From: Haliotis rubra
Lineage: Eukaryota
Length of the DNA: 64,000 nt
Direction of reading: 5' to 3'
NCBI RefSeq assembly: GCF_003918875.1
Contig: NW_025767046.1
Coordinates: 2,232,001-2,296,000 of the forward strand
In this document: positions 1 to 15,026 of the stretch, piece after piece
How the letters are laid out: every line of letters begins with the position of its first letter
Position numbering within the stretch: the stretch's first letter is position 1
Made by a program: the position numbers and the translations under genes
The notes under the pieces: generated by a model
Databases searched by the model: none
Told to the model about the DNA's origin: nothing
What the model saw: only the letters and a program-made list of their open reading frames with translations

Positions 1-900
1 ATCTCTCCACCTTCACTTCACTCAACTAGATCTCCTCCTCACTCCACTCGAGATCCTCATCTCTCCACCTTCACTTCACTCAACTAGATCTCCTCCTCAC
101 TCCACTAGAGATCCTCATCTCCACCTTCCTTCACTCAACTAGATCTCCTCCTCACTCCACTCGAGATCCTCATCTCTCCACCTTCACTTCACTCAACTAG
201 ATCTCCTCCTCACTCCACTAGAGATCCTCATCTCTCCACCTTCACTTCACTCAACTAGATCTCCTCCTCACTCCACTCGAGATCCTCATCTCTCCACCTT
301 CACTCAACTAGATCGCCTCCTCACTCCACTCGAGATCCTCATCTCTCCACCTTCACTCAACTAGATCTCCTCCTCACTCCACTAGAGATCCTCATCTCTC
401 CACCTTCACTTCACTCAACTAGATCTCCTCCTCACTCCACTCGAGATCCTCATCTCTCCACCTTCACTTCACTCAACTAGATCTCCTCCTCACTCCACTA
501 GAGATCCTCATCTCTCCACCTTCACTCAACTAGATCTCCTCCTCACTCCACTCGAGATCCTCATCTCTCCACCTTCACTCAACGAGATCTCCTCCTCACT
601 CCACTAGAGATCCTCATCTCTCCACCTTCACTCAACTAGATCTCCTCCTCACTCCACTCGAGATCCTCATCTCTCCACCTTCACTTCACTCAACTAGATC
701 TCCTCCTCACTCCACTCGAGATCCTCATCTCTCCACCTTCACTTCACTCAACTAGATCTCCTCCTCACTCCACTCGAGATCCTCATCTCTCAACCTTCAC
801 TTCACTCAACTAGATCTCTTCCTCACTCCACTAGAGATCCTCATCTCTCCACCTTCACTCCACAAGATCTCCTCACTCCACTAGAGATCCCCATCTCTCA
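1..900. repeat. Minisatellite, 58-bp unit with a 53-bp variant, ~15 copies, truncated by window start
   Basis: Unit ATCTCTCCACCTTCACTTCACTCAACTAGATCTCCTCCTCACTCCACT(C/A)GAGATCCTC repeats head to tail and decays after ~860. Confidence 0.97.
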
Positions 901-3900
901 ATGAGATCTCCTCATTCCACAATAGAGCCACACCTCTACATGAGATCTCCTTCCTTCAACCATGTCCTCAGTCCATCCACTTTCTCTTACATCAGTGCTG
1001 TTCATCCTGATGGGAGATGCTCTGCCTGTGGGTGGGAGAGAGGTGTAACACAAGCACAAGATGGGGAATACCTCCACAGTGTGGAGTCTTCACTAATTAC
1101 CACAGCCTTCCATATCACCCGCCTGTAACTGCCACTTAGATAAACCATTGTCTTATGTTAACACCCAATCCTTCACACTGCTGACTGACAATGTGTGTTG
1201 AATGTTCTACAACTGAAGCTTTTTTATGTTTGTTTTATTTTCGGTGGTCTTTGAACTTTTTTCCTGACATAAATGGCTTTGTTTCACACAGCATGTGATC
1301 TAGTATCCTTGATAGGAATCTCCTACCAAATAAAGATCGTCTGAAATACAGCTGATGAAACACATGTCTTTGAAGAGCAAATCTCCTGCGATCATTTCTG
1401 TTTAAAGTATACACATGGGATTATTTCTGATCTGTTAAACTGAAGATCACACAAACGCTGAGGTGGTCTTGCAGATCAAACCTTTTCACAACTTTCAATA
1501 TTTCCTCTCCACATTTTTTTTAGAAATCCAACCAGTAAACGTAACCAGGATAAAAATGAAGAATGTGTTTGGATAAAAACTCTCACAGTTACAATCTGAA
1601 ATAGCATAGTTTACTAGTTTTTATGATGGAGGGATTAAACTTAACCATGATTAAATATCTCTGACAGTATTCCACAGACATAACACTGACGGCCGATCCT
1701 ATATTTTTAACCAGGATTTTTGAAGAACATTAAACATTCTATTCACTGGAGCCATTTAAAACAGCATTTCCACAACACAGAACAAGAAGACGATTATCTC
1801 AAGATGCCGTGGATAAACTAAGGAGACATGTTGTCTAGATCTACCAGAATGCTTTTGGTTATAAAACCAGGATTGTTATCATAACCAGAAATATATTCCA
1901 ACATTAAAAAATCACAAAAATAACGCCCAGCACACATTCCCGCATAAATGATGCCTGGGAATGATTATCATGTACAATATGTGTTTATAATAATTTTTTA
2001 AGTTTAACCTGTGAAATTTGAAAGTTTTAGGCATAATATTTATGTATCCAGTACGCATGAGCACCACAGAGAGCTATCAGTCCAAGCTGAGACTCCGGAG
2101 ATAAGGACATATTCAACATCAGCCAAGGGGTCACAACATTTTCATGGCAGATAAGGAAGAAACTTGACTGCTTCTTTTTAAGACTTTTCGGGGCTTATTT
2201 GATCAGTTCAGTGACCATATTGCAAGGCAAGTTGATAAGTGGGAAGGCTGCAGCCATTTTGGAGATATTTCAGATGTGTGGAGATGCTCTTGGAGCTAGA
2301 GGAGCCTCCCTGTGGACACAGCAGGAGATGCTATCACAGATGAATAGTTGATAAAAGGGATTCAATCTCAGGATGTTTTTTCTGGTATATATGCTTCAGA
2401 TACTTGAGATTATCATCAAACATTTTCTTGAAAAATTGTTTTGGCACACTTTAGTCATGTGGCCAGCTGAGTATAGCTTTTCCTGTCCCACCATGCCATG
2501 TTGTTATTTGGAAGTAAGAGAGGTGGCCTTGACCTTTGTCATAAATATTTATGTTTCGTGTTTGAAACTTCTTCATTTTCCCCGGTTTCCTGCCATCTAT
2601 ACTAAAAGAATTACAATCCTGCTTTTATTTGTCACCCTCCTTGATTTTAATTTAGAGATTCATGTTTCAGTATTTTTTCTGCAACCTATGCTTGTCAAAG
2701 AAGAAACAGATGACTATTCTGTACAAAGACACCCAAAGTTTCAATAGCCAAAAATTGACTAGAATTTATAAAAGACAGTAAATGGTATACTGGATGAGTT
2801 TTAAACTCTTCATAAATTCAGTGTAAAAATGAAATTGCTTTTAAAGTGCCAGAAAGAAAATTCAGATTACAGTGAGGTGGTGTGATTAATTGACAATGGT
2901 TAGTTGGACTTCATCGTACCACAACAACATCGGACATTATTCATAACATCAACCACTGGTTTGTCTAGTCCAGATTCAACCACTGGTTTGTCTAGTCCAG
3001 ATTCAATGTTTTAAAGGTTTGTTGTCAAATACCTCAAATACTAACCTTTAATATTGACATTCACTCACTTTTCTTCATGTATAGCACTGTGTGATGGAGT
3101 TTAGTTTCAGACAGTAGTGAGTGAGTGAGTATGGTTTTATGACACTTTTAGCAATATTCCAGCAACATCATGGCAGAGACAGTAGATGTGAGGGGAGGAA
3201 ATTGGGGAGGTTGTGGTGTGTGATGAACAAAAGACCATACTGGGTCTGAAGTTTGAGTCCATGATCATCAGATCCTGGCATAGCCAAGAGATGCAACTCC
3301 GCACGGCCAATTGTATTCCCGATGCCCTGGAAGCCTTGCTCCAAGGCTGTACTGATTTTGAATGCTAAGTCCATGGATAGATAGTAATTCTATCCTTTAA
3401 AGAGGCAAATCTAGATAAGTGGACTGTTATTTATAATTTTTTAGAAATTGTAATTTAAACTATTAATTATTACCTTACACACTTGTGTAAGTCTAATGCC
3501 CTGGGTACAAGTACAGATGTATCATATCAAAATGTTCAGCTTTCTGTCATGGATTCTCATCCTCAAATAGGCAGTTAGGTCCTTTAACACAGAAACAAAC
3601 TGACATCTAAATGTGAATTACAATACAGCAGGATGTAAGTTCATAGTATCAATCACTGGTTTGTCTGGTCCAGTCACAGTTGTTATACTGCTGTTATACA
3701 GCTGAGTGGGGCATTAAACAATAAATAAACCAAACAACAAACAAAACACAACAGCCCTCAGATACAATCAGAAATGAAAGCTGACAAATGCATGACATGA
3801 CATGCAGTGACCTTCACCTCTGAGAGTTCTTGTCTCTCCATCACTTGTTACCATGACACAGACGAGAATGCTACCCATCCTGCAGTTTTCTCCTACATAC

Positions 3901-4870
3901 CACCACTCTCATGCCTTCTGTCATCTCACAGTCTTCCATGGACCAAATATGTACCCTACCAGATGCTGAGCTTCATCATCCTCTAAACATCTGTAGTCTT
4001 TCACCCATCCTTATTCTAGGGCTCTTTTTTCAAAGGGTGGTGGTTAATATTTGTTCCATGACTGTGCTGCAAAAGTATTACCTCCCGAAATGGTTTTCAT
4101 TCCTTTGTGAGTGAGAGTTTAATTTTACGCTGCACTCAGCAATATTCCAGCCATATGGCGGCGGTCTGTAAATAATCAAGTCTGGACCAGACAATCAGGT
4201 GATCAACAGCATGAGCATCGATCTGCGCAATTGGGAACCGATGACATGTGACAACCAAGCCAGCGAGCCTGACCACCCGATCCCGTTAGTCGCCTCTTAT
4301 GACAAGCATAGTTGCCTTTTGTGGCAAGCATGGGTTGCTGAAGACCTATTCTACCCGGGATCTTCATTCTTTTGTAACCATCCCCAAAAGTCTATAAAAA
4401 CATCTTTATCACCTCTGGTGTCACAACCCTCCCAAACATTTGACTTTTTACCCCTGGACGAAATTGAACAATTTACTAATTCTGAGTGACATTTTATTCA
4501 CATTATTGCCCCAGGCTTAAAACAAACATATGGCTGTATAAAATACACATAATACAGAATCTGACATTAAAAGGTTAATGAAACATCAAACAAACTGAAT
4601 ATCACCTTCATAAGGAGACACCCCTACCAGAAAGACTCCAACACCACTCACACTCTGTGACCGGTAAACGTATACCATGTATTAATGTTCTAGTTTAACT
4701 TTCTGAACATATTTAACATCAAAAGTTCTTTTAAATCAAATCTGTGGGCTTAACATGTTTCACTGTTTGATTGCCTAAGAAAGGGAGGGTAAATATGGGC
4801 TTTCCTGGTAGTTGTGTCTGTAACCATTGGTGGATCCAGAAAATGACTTAAGACCACAGTGAAGATTTTT

Positions 4871-4999
4871 NNNNNNNNNNNNNNNNNNNNNNNNNNNNNN
4901 NNNNNNNNNNNNNNNNNNNNNNNNNNNNNNNNNNNNNNNNNNNNNNNNNNNNNNNNNNNNNNNNNNNNNNNNNNNNNNNNNNNNNNNNNNNNNNNNNNN
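4871..4999. other. Assembly gap (N run)
   Basis: 129 consecutive n bases. Confidence 1.
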
Positions 5000-7145
5000 T
5001 GGATTGATGGTATTATATTCATGATCATGATGATGAAGATGAATGATGATGATGATGATGACGACGACCAACAAATTGACATGAAATATTAGAAAAAAAA
5101 AAAAAATTTGCCTGTCCAAATTGCCAAGTCTGTTTGACCATTAGGTGAGCAAAACAACACAAGATTATACTGCTCCCAAGAAATGGTGAAAACGTGCATG
5201 GAAAAAAGTATATTCCCACAAGTCCATTCTGTTAAGTTTTTAGTATATTGCAGTGTTAACATTTGTTCACTTTCTTCATTAGAAGCAGCACAGATAAGTT
5301 AGTTGAAACATTTTAAAAGAGATTTAAGACCACCTACATTGAATTTTTTGCCCCAAAAACTGTAAACCATCTAATAAAAGTAAATGGCCTTGGCATGCCT
5401 TCAAACCCACGGAATTGATGAGGTTTGACTTCTTCAGGGTCTCTTTCACCTTGGCACTGATGGTCTCAGGGGTAATACAAAAATCTGAAATAACATCAGT
5501 CCCAATCCACAATTTCACTCTCCCCAATCCCTCCCCTGTATGGCCCACCCTAAAGCACATGTACATCAGTTGAAATGGACATGGATCCTCCCTTTGTAAA
5601 TGTCAGGATCTTCAATATGTCATGTTGCTTGTTAGTTGCAGTAAACTATCTCCATTCCTATCGCAACACCTGGTCCAAACTGGGCTCTGGTAGCACTGGG
5701 AGGATGCTTTAGTTTCATCTCTTGCATCACCAACGGAGAGAAGGAATTGACAAAACCATCCCAGTAGTTTATCTCATCGTACTGTCTTTATTAACAATAA
5801 CCCATAAAAGTGTGACCCAAATGGACTGATTCAAAATGTCTGCTAAATTACTTACACATTTTTTTATTTCACATTTTGGGTTTTCCATCCAAATCCATCA
5901 AAATAAATATAGAATGATAAAAAAAGATTATTCTGTAAGGCCAAACCAATTTTATTTCTTGTTTTATGGATTTTGGTCCTCAGGAAACCTAAAGGCAGGC
6001 GGGAAAAAAAAACAAAAATAAAATCCCCAATCAAATTGATATTCTTTCTAAATACCGGTACTAAAAGTATTTGACTTTTGGCAATTTATGAATTGCATAT
6101 GGGGCAAAAAACACTCCAAAAGTATTTTCTTGTTAAGTTTACATTTTTGGCCAATAAAAACATTAGCATTTTATTTTTTGGGCGGGGAAAATTAATATTT
6201 ATTTTGTTCTTATTCTTGAAAAAATACAGCAGGCGGATCCGTAAAACAATAAATAAAATTGGCCTGGCCTAAACATAAATGTTGTGTCTAATGCAGACCT
6301 TGAAACATGAATGTCTGGAAAATCCCTTGCATGTCTGCAATACAATGCAAGTCTAGAATTGTTAAATTTCAGGAAATGAAGACAGTCTTCGGGTACCTTT
6401 CTTTCATAATTTTAATGACAATTAATCAACCAAATCTTAAAATATTACTTCAGGGGCTAAATGCGAGCTTCTACAGTGTTATACAGAATAAAAAAAACAT
6501 CAAGAGATGTGCCTAAAGGCTCAAACAATTTCCCCAAACTAATAAATTGTAAAAATTAGAATAAGTAAAATGGGTAAAGGCATGTTTCCTTTCCTTTTAT
6601 TTTTACCACATTCCCTATTTAATAAAAGCAAACTAGCCATGACCCAGAAAGATAAAATGAGGCATTACTATTGAAGAGATGAGTTGAGATGGGTTTAATG
6701 ATGCATTTAAGATTAATTCCCTGACAGGGACCTGCATACACTGTGTGTCTGGTTGTACTCAGGACTGGGTTTGATAGAGCGAGTCACCTGAGCTGATCAC
6801 TAATGAATATTTTATCTAAAGTATGTTAAATATATCTACTTGCTATTAGATACAGTTCAGGGAAAAGGTAAGAGTTAGGAGTAAAGAGACAGAATTACTT
6901 TGAATGATCACCACCATGGTGGAATCGGTGTCTGCATTCCTTGTTTTGGTTAGTGGAGGAAATGCTACTCTTGTCAAGGTTAGCTGCAACTGATGCTGTT
7001 TTTAGTGCTATTTATGTTTTATCCGCGTGTGTCAGAATGACTGAGAAGGAAAGCCCCACGTAAGGCAAGTTGTAGGTATTCACGACTTCAGTAAAACCCA
7101 AAAGTCAAATCAAATCTATAAAAGTCAAATCAAATCTATATATTG

Positions 7146-7200
7146 TGAGTGAGTGAGTGAGTGAGTGAGAGTGAGTGAGTGAGTGAGTGAGTGAGTGAGT
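7146..7200. repeat. (GAGT)n microsatellite, an expanded SINE tail
   Basis: The GAGT array is followed directly by the shared SINE tail sequence TTAGTTTTATGTCACTTTTAGCAATATT. Confidence 0.9.
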
Positions 7201-10200
7201 TTAGTTTTATGTCACTTTTAGCAATATTACCAGCTTGATTCCATGGTTTCAATCTTAACAAAAGAAAACCATTCCCGAACTACATATAGATAAGCTTTAT
7301 GGATGACAAATTCTTTACTACGTGAGTGCAACGTCGCACTCACGTAGTAAGGAAGTTGTTATCCTTAAAGTTTCTCTATATTGTATTTCCCAACTTCTAA
7401 AATGCCATGGAAGAAGTCATTACAGAACTCTAAATGGTTCAACTTTCAGTGTGCAGACACGATGGTGCTCAGAAATGACCTGCTGTATTAAATGTCTACA
7501 ACAATGTAACAGCGTGGCTTTGTGTTTGGAATTGGAGTTCATGATTATGTTTGTTTTCAAAATACAAAAAGCAGACATGGTTGTCTGAATGCCATGCTCA
7601 CTCAAACTGAGAACACCAAGTTCTTGATGTTGACTGGCTGGTTAGAAAGTTTATCAGACATGACCTCTGATCGAGGTGACCTCTTCAGTCATCAGAGAGG
7701 TATTGTACCAGAGTTCAAGATCTCATTCTACTGATATCAGCGTGTTGTCATATCAATGAAAGATGATGCCATCCATTGTAAATGATGTTGTAGTTATAGA
7801 GCTGGGACAGTTTACCTGGGTTGGGCAAATACTTCTCACTACCAGGTACTGTTTTGTCACATTAGTGATCCCCTGTGACTGATAGTCTGTTACATTACAT
7901 AAATCCACAAAAACAAAATGTTAAACCAAAGTTACAGTTTATGTTCATGAACACAGTAAGTGTCATGTGACATGACTCAGAAATGGGTTTCACATTGTAC
8001 CCAGATTTGAACCCGGGTCTTCATCAGAGCCAATGCTTTAACCACTAGGCTCATCTCTTATATTCATGAACACAGTAATCATCATCACATGGCTCCAAAA
8101 TAGATTCACAGAGTTGATCATCATCATCATCATCATCATCATCAGACCCACATCTTTTCGCTCCATATATAATACAACAAATAACCTTATTGCAACTCAA
8201 AAATACTGATTTTCTGTTCCTCATGACCTGAAGACACCTAAAGATCTGGGTGGTCAGACTCACTGACTTGGTTGAGGCGTATCAGAGTTGTGTAGATCAA
8301 TGCTCAATGCTCATGCTGATCTCTGGTCCAGATCTCTCTGTTATCTACAGACCATCACCATATAGCTGGAATATTGCTGAGTGCGGCGTTAAACAACAAA
8401 CAAACACAACCTAAAATATGAACTGATTCTTTCCCTTGGGGCAGGAAAACCTGATAACTCCTCCGAGCTTTTGAGATATCCCGTTAGTTTTCAACAAGTA
8501 TTCATCAACTTCAGAATGGAGAATGGAAAAAAATATCACAATAAATCCACATCAACTTTTTGAACATCCATTATGTTCATAAGACCAGTCTGAAAACGTG
8601 ATCGTTGCCACAGACTGCTTTGTCTGAGAGCAAAGGTATAGATAGCTGCAAACATGGGTTAAATTCACGATGGACGTATATCTTACTTCCACTGTGAAAG
8701 ACAGACATCATGTCAGATAGAATCGGTGTTGTCTGAGTACTGATAGCATTGTCTCTCGATGTCCCATTAACCCTCGCAGAAGATTCCCCTTTGTCTACTG
8801 CAAGAGAACTTTCACTCTCACAAATCTTGGTGTCAGAACGGCACCTAATGGGTCTTGGTACATTTGGTGTTCCATGCATCACTGCTATGAGCAAATACAT
8901 AGTTTTTATATGGCCATTGTTTGGGACCAAATCTCAAATCAGCCATCAACATTTAGGCATGAACAAAATATTTTTTTGTTTCTTAGTTCAAAAATATTTT
9001 ACAATTTTGTTAATTACAGTTGTAAAAGACTTTAAATATGATTTATGGCAAATAATCATTCTTCCATATCTCTCTTATATCTATTATTTCATTTTAAATC
9101 AAACTTTAAATAACAAATTATTTAGCTTCTAGTCCTAAAACATAGCTGAGTGACTAAGAAAATCTGAAAAAATGCATTTCATGCTTATGGGAGATACCTG
9201 AAACTGTGAAAGATATTTTACACAAATCTTGAACAAGAAAGAATTATGGAAAATACTTAATTAATAAATCATGGTACATCTTACCTTTCAAAATTCATAT
9301 TACATTTGCTTTTTTATTGTCATACTTTTGTCTTAATCTAACCAAATGTCATCGAAACATGAGATCAAATGACATTAAATAACATTGACATTGAGAACAT
9401 GATACAGCTAAGGTAAAGGTTTCCTAAGGTTGTGTTTTGATAGCATTTATGAAATACCTCTGACACTTCAGGGCAATAGACACCACCTGGAGTATTACAA
9501 CCATATGACAATGGTGCAATTTACATCGCCACTGTGAAATGCAATCCCTTGTCTTCTTGCAGATGTATTTACTTTAATCTTTTATAAATAAATTTCTCAC
9601 AAACCATAAAGAGAAACTGTTTATATTTGCATGGTTGGAGCAGATTAGCCAGCACATCAGTGTATTAGGATTGAGAATTGATTTGCACTGAGCTGTATAA
9701 ACAAACTTTGAGAATCTGATAGGGATTTAAAATATTTAAAAGAATTCGATGTTTGCACTTTTGAGAAATGGAAATGATAAATACACATAGATTGTGTTTA
9801 TCATGTAACAAAGGCTACATTTTTTCAGAATAATCCATTCTTAATGTTGATAGATAGTATTACGACAAAAGACAGACATTCTGGGGAGGAGGGGGGGTTA
9901 AATTGTAAATAATGAATATGTAAGGTCTGAGAATGTCTGCCAATTTTTAACAATCTGATAAAGAAGAAGTATTTTATTCTTTTTAACTTGTCTTTGTCAT
10001 TCACACAGGCATCAGATTCTAAACATGTTAATATCATTCTCAGACAAAGAAAAAATGAAGATATGCATCAAATTTCTTGCATGCAATGCTTTGTCAGGCA
10101 TTAACAATGAAAATCCATGATCAACTTGAACTCAAAATTCAACGTAATTTTTTGCTTAAGTTCATTCCCAACACACTGAATGACATTAGAACCTACAGGA

Positions 10201-11339
10201 CAATATTATTGTGCATGATTGTTTCATGTCTAAATATGTGGAAAAGTGTCATTTAATTTTTGTGATCATTTGCCAGATATTTAAAAAAAAATTGAATACA
10301 AATTTCAAAGTGTTGCAGTTTGTAAGAAATTCATATGTTGTTAGTCTTGCACCAAGACTGTGAAATATATGTATTTTATGAAAAAAAGAGAGAAGATTTT
10401 GAGAAATGTAATAAAAACCCTAATATAATATCTGACAGACTATAAGTTAGTTTTGTGTAAGGAGTATGGGGTCAGCAATATTCCATGAGTTGGGAGGAAA
10501 GGGTATGTTGAGGGGAGGGGGGGACACAAGAAACGGGCTTCACACTTTGCTGGGAGTTGAGAATCAAACTCGTGGTTCTGGTGTGAAGAGTGAACGTTTC
10601 AACTACTGGGCCACCACACAGACCCTATGGCAACATAAACATACACTGTACATTATTGATCACAATTTCAGTATTTTTCACCAACTCCAGCCACTTTAAG
10701 GTACCGTACGTTTTATAAAAAGCAATTCCATTAGGAAACAACTCCATAAAAATGTCCAAATTTGATCAAATTCAATATAAGAAGAGGAAACTTCATTGAG
10801 AAAATACAAGGGCTCTTCCTTTTCATATTAACAGGCCAAAACCATACTATGATTTAATCCTCAGTTTGGTAAGACAGAAACAGAACATTTTTTTAGTGGC
10901 CTTATTTTAGCTCAAGAAAAAGTTTTTGAAAGCTGAGACACTGAGAGATGTTAATCAGCCTCAATGCGTAATTAATCAAAACCAAACCCAGACAGATCCA
11001 GAATGGGTTGAAATTTGAATTTGAAGGGCACCCTGCTTGTTTATATGATTTAAACATATTTTTATTCATGAAGATGAATTGGGATTGGTGAACAAGCATT
11101 ACTGCTTATGTTAACACCGCTCCCATGCAATGTATAATACAACATGAAATGGAGGATTTGATGTCATCGATACTGACCATTGCATAAATATAATATTTTT
11201 AAATATATATAAATATATACAGATTACATGAAATACAACTATTCTCTAAGTAGTCATAAGTTAGAGAGTTACAGTTGTGTGTGTCTAACAAGCCATTGTA
11301 GAAATATAAATCAATCATGAGAAGGTTGTTGAGTAAATT

Positions 11340-11727
11340 TAATTATTTTCCTGAGAAAATTTGAAGCGTTGTGTCTTGGTTATATAATCGTGGACGGATT
11401 CAACTATTTTCTGGTTAACACAGGGAGTAAGTTCTTTGTTTCCCTTAAGAATGGTATCTAGTTTATAACCGTAGTGTAAAAATACATATTAAGTCTTATC
11501 CGAGTATAGTTACGGCAAGTGAGGAAATAGTGTAGGGCGTTTTCACTCTGATGTCCACAAGAACAACATGGGCTGTCTATTAAATGTCTGTTATACTTAT
11601 CAGTGTTTAGGTCGCTACATCCGAGCCTGAGGTGGCAGTGAACGATTTGGCAAAAACGAGTGCCATAATTAAGGTCAAAGCAAATCTTATTTTCGATTTT
11701 TGTAATTAGCTTGTTTATATGTGTCAT
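11340..11727 (-). mobile_element. Non-LTR retrotransposon ORF2 C-terminal fragment
   Basis: ORF 11458-11727 reads HCHLRLGCSDLN...SPCCSCGHQSENALHYFLTCRNY..R, the CxC..E...H.L..C zinc-knuckle end typical of LINE ORF2. Confidence 0.75.
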
Positions 11728-12787
11728 AATGAGAACTTAATGACTGTATGGGACAGTTTAGTGGCATGTGTACACAGTGAAGTTATTATAAACAATAATT
11801 AATTTATTAACTTCATCACAATATCACATCTGTAGATTGTTTCACCCGTCCTGTTGTGCAGCGATCAAAAGTGGTATTGCTGTGTGTGATTAAGGCAATG
11901 AATTAAAACTTGGAGAGAAATATTTTTTGTATTCAAACATACATATTCCAAAGGTTGTTATGAAACAGCTTCTCTAGTATAAAAAGTATGGCTGCATTTT
12001 TTGTAATGGATTTGCGAAAAAGATAAAAGAAGCAATTCTTAATTCAATTTTTTTTAAATCATGTAATTATGATATTATTAACCATAACTGAGGCAAAATT
12101 ATGTGCTACTGACCTAAAAAAATAGACCCTTGGCCACTTTAACAAGATATTGCCCTCTTGAAACATCAACATGATTGCAAGAAATGCTGAAGGGGTCGTT
12201 GTTGGCATGGGTACTACAGAAATGTGCCCTAAACAAAGTCAAAAACAGAAACGTATCTGGTACCCTAAACATCGCACGAGTCCATATCCAAAAACAAATG
12301 CCTTTAATACAACAGTATGAGTTCTGATCAAGAAAAAGCAACCAAGATTGGCTAAATGATAAAATAGATTTAAATTTGAATTTCACAAGACAACAAATTC
12401 TTCTTGGATTCCGTCATAAACATTATGATCCAATTAATGTGACCCTCATCCTTTTCAAAACTATTATTTTTAATTGTAAAACATCTGGAAATATGTCAAA
12501 TTTCAGTTCATGTAAAAAAAAAAAAGCTTACTCAATATTACAATTTAACTAAATATGCTGCTATGTTAAGCTTCAGAATCGACGCTTTTTACAAATTCTG
12601 GTTGACATATCACAACCTGTTCAACAACTGATTTATTCTGCATTGTTGTTGTTACATGCTCTGTATAACTTGACTTGAACTCTACCATGCATGTTGCAGC
12701 CCATGTGCAACTGTAAAAGTGGTATGAAAAATAAAAACAATTATACAAAAAAGAAAAAGCAATAATGTGGAATGTACTCATCCTAGG

Positions 12788-13211
12788 GCTGAAAGGGTTG
12801 TTGTCGGCACAGGTACTACAGATACGTACCCCAGGTACGTTTCTGTATACAGATATGTACCCTAAACAAAGTCAAAATACAGAAACGTACTCGGTACCAT
12901 AAAAGGCGGACGAGTCCATATTCCGTGATCCAAACCCGAAACCATATGTAGTTGTTCCCGTTCAACTGATTCCGAGTGGTATTCATGTGCATCGCGAAAT
13001 ATCCGTTACTGTGTATTCTCATTACTTACATACCGCAATCAAATGTATCTAATACAACAGTATGACAGTTCATGTCAAGAATATGACACAATGGGAATGG
13101 AATCGTCATAGGGTACGTTTCTGTATTCTCCTTATGGCCAGGCGTACGTTTCTGTATACTGTACCTGGGATACATATCTGTAGTACCCGTGCCGACAACG
13201 ACCCCATCAGC
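12788..13211. mobile_element. MITE with ~40-bp terminal inverted repeats; partial copy at ~12187-12330
   Basis: Left end GCTGAAAGGGTTGTTGTCGGCACAGGTACTACAGATA; right end TATCTGTAGTACCCGTGCCGACAACGACCCCATCAGC. Confidence 0.8.
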
Positions 13212-13809
13212 ACAAGAATCAGACACAATATCAGTCTCATCAAGTCTTTGTTTCATGCATCACCTAGCACATAACAGAGATTATCACCTGCCTGAACCAA
13301 AGTAATCTGTGCACCATGAAGATAGGCTTTATTACTTGTGACAGACCTGTAAGGGTCACTAAGAGGGCTTATAAACAAAATGGCTGCACCAGTTACAACC
13401 ACAGGATCTAGTTTCACCAAATTACTGCTGCACTTAATTTGATCATCTCATAAATTTGATAAAGTGCCCAAGGATTTAAGAGATCAGCTACATATGGATA
13501 CTTGTAGAGGTTAGAATTTCATTTTCAATTGAGACTGGCTACCAGCTGAAAGGGAGATAATCCAAGGATTATTTCAGAGTGGTTAACCATTAAAAAATGG
13601 TGGTAATTGCAGAAGATTTGCTATTAACATCTGCTAAAACATGAAAACTGCAATTTATAACCTGGGAAAGGATTATATGTTTATTATTTCAAACCCTTGT
13701 TGGTTTAACTAATCCAGAGATTGAAATTAGATCACAATGTACTTGATGGTTGGCATGCCTACATACAACCAGAGACCATAAAATAAATTTATTTCATGGT
13801 CTCTGATAC

Positions 13810-15026
13810 GGTTCATGGCCGGGAAGGCAAAAATCATGACGCTTCTCGGTTCAATGAGCGTAGCCTTCCAGGTACTTGCAATGCAATGTTATGGCTGGAT
13901 GAACACGGTGCGCCTCACACGTAGGCTCTGACAAATTACAAAGAAAACAGGATTATCAACATTTACAATTGGAAATTCTTAAACATGCCCCAAACCAAGT
14001 TCATACAAACAAATTTTAAGTTTAACACTATACGTAACCATGATTTATAACCATTATTTAGACCATTTAAACATAAACCATAAAGAACCTGTTGTATACA
14101 GTTGTCACTTTGTAATAACTTAAACCAATAACGTAACACACGGATATACCTATTTTCATATAAAGGGTACCTCCCAAGTTCGCCTTATACAGCAACTGTA
14201 GATGATTTGGCATTGATCTGCAAAATACGACTGCACAATTTTAAGTGAATTCTTCCGAATATTTCACAATACCTCACACTTCACAGCCATACATCATAGT
14301 AGAGGTAATAGAAGTGTCGAATATTTGCCTGTAGTGCTACTTCAATATCTTCAAGATATAGGGACAAAAAGAATCGGTGACATTACGTCCCCTTGTTTAA
14401 TACCCAGGGAGCACAGAAAGAAGCCAGTTAACTCACCATCATGTTTAACACATGATTTCACAGTGTCATACATAGACACGATAATTTTCCATAGTCTAAC
14501 TCTGATGCCCACCAGATTGAACTTTAGAAATAGACTGACACGACTAATGGAGTCAAATGCTTTGGCTAGATCAACAAAGCAACAATATAATTTCGTCTTT
14601 CCTTGGGTGTACAGAGAAGAAATCAGGTTTTGTAGTATAAATACAGCGTCCACAGTAGAGTAACCAGCTTTGAAAGCAAACTGAGCATCAGAGATGATGT
14701 TGTATTTTTCACACCATGAAACAAGTCTCGCTGTTACTACCGAGGTAAAGAGTTTTGAAAAGGATCTGTATGGTGATTCTCCTGTAAATACCTTCATCTT
14801 AAAGGTCTAAACAAGCGAAGAAGATAAACACTCTACTATAACAATGTTTTGAAAAGAAATTTAAACTATTGACTCCCGACATGGATTATGCTTCCCAGCA
14901 CCGTATCTTTAGCTTTGGCGGTACACCCCTACTCCCTTGGAAATTAGCTCTCCCGGGAAATCCGAAATATACATTTTAGCCTTCCGGGACATCTGAAAAA
15001 TAAATTTTAGCCTTCCCGCACGACAC
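13810..15026. mobile_element. Mutator(MULE)-like non-autonomous DNA element with 9-bp TSD, containing a LINE RT fragment
   Basis: CTCTGATAC occurs at 13801-13809 and 15027-15035. Imperfect TIRs ...CGGGAAGGCAAAAAT / ATTTTAGCCTTCCCG..., with subterminal repeats. Confidence 0.65.
14000..14797 (-). mobile_element. Degenerate non-LTR retrotransposon reverse transcriptase fragment
   Basis: ORF 14351-14797: QFAFKAGYSTVDAVF...CFVDLAKAFDSI...GIKQGDVMSPILF, which are LINE RT motifs; downstream sequence is frameshifted. Confidence 0.9.

Noticed and set aside
1-900. CRISPR-like array
   Set aside because: Contiguous tandem units with no variable spacers and no cas genes.
4199-4489. Recurrent short ORFs such as MINSMSIDLRNWEPMTC and GIGWSGSLTWLTHV
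   Set aside because: Incidental translations of SINE family A copies.
4750-5119. ORFs spanning the N gap
   Set aside because: Artefacts of unknown bases and a (GAT)n microsatellite.
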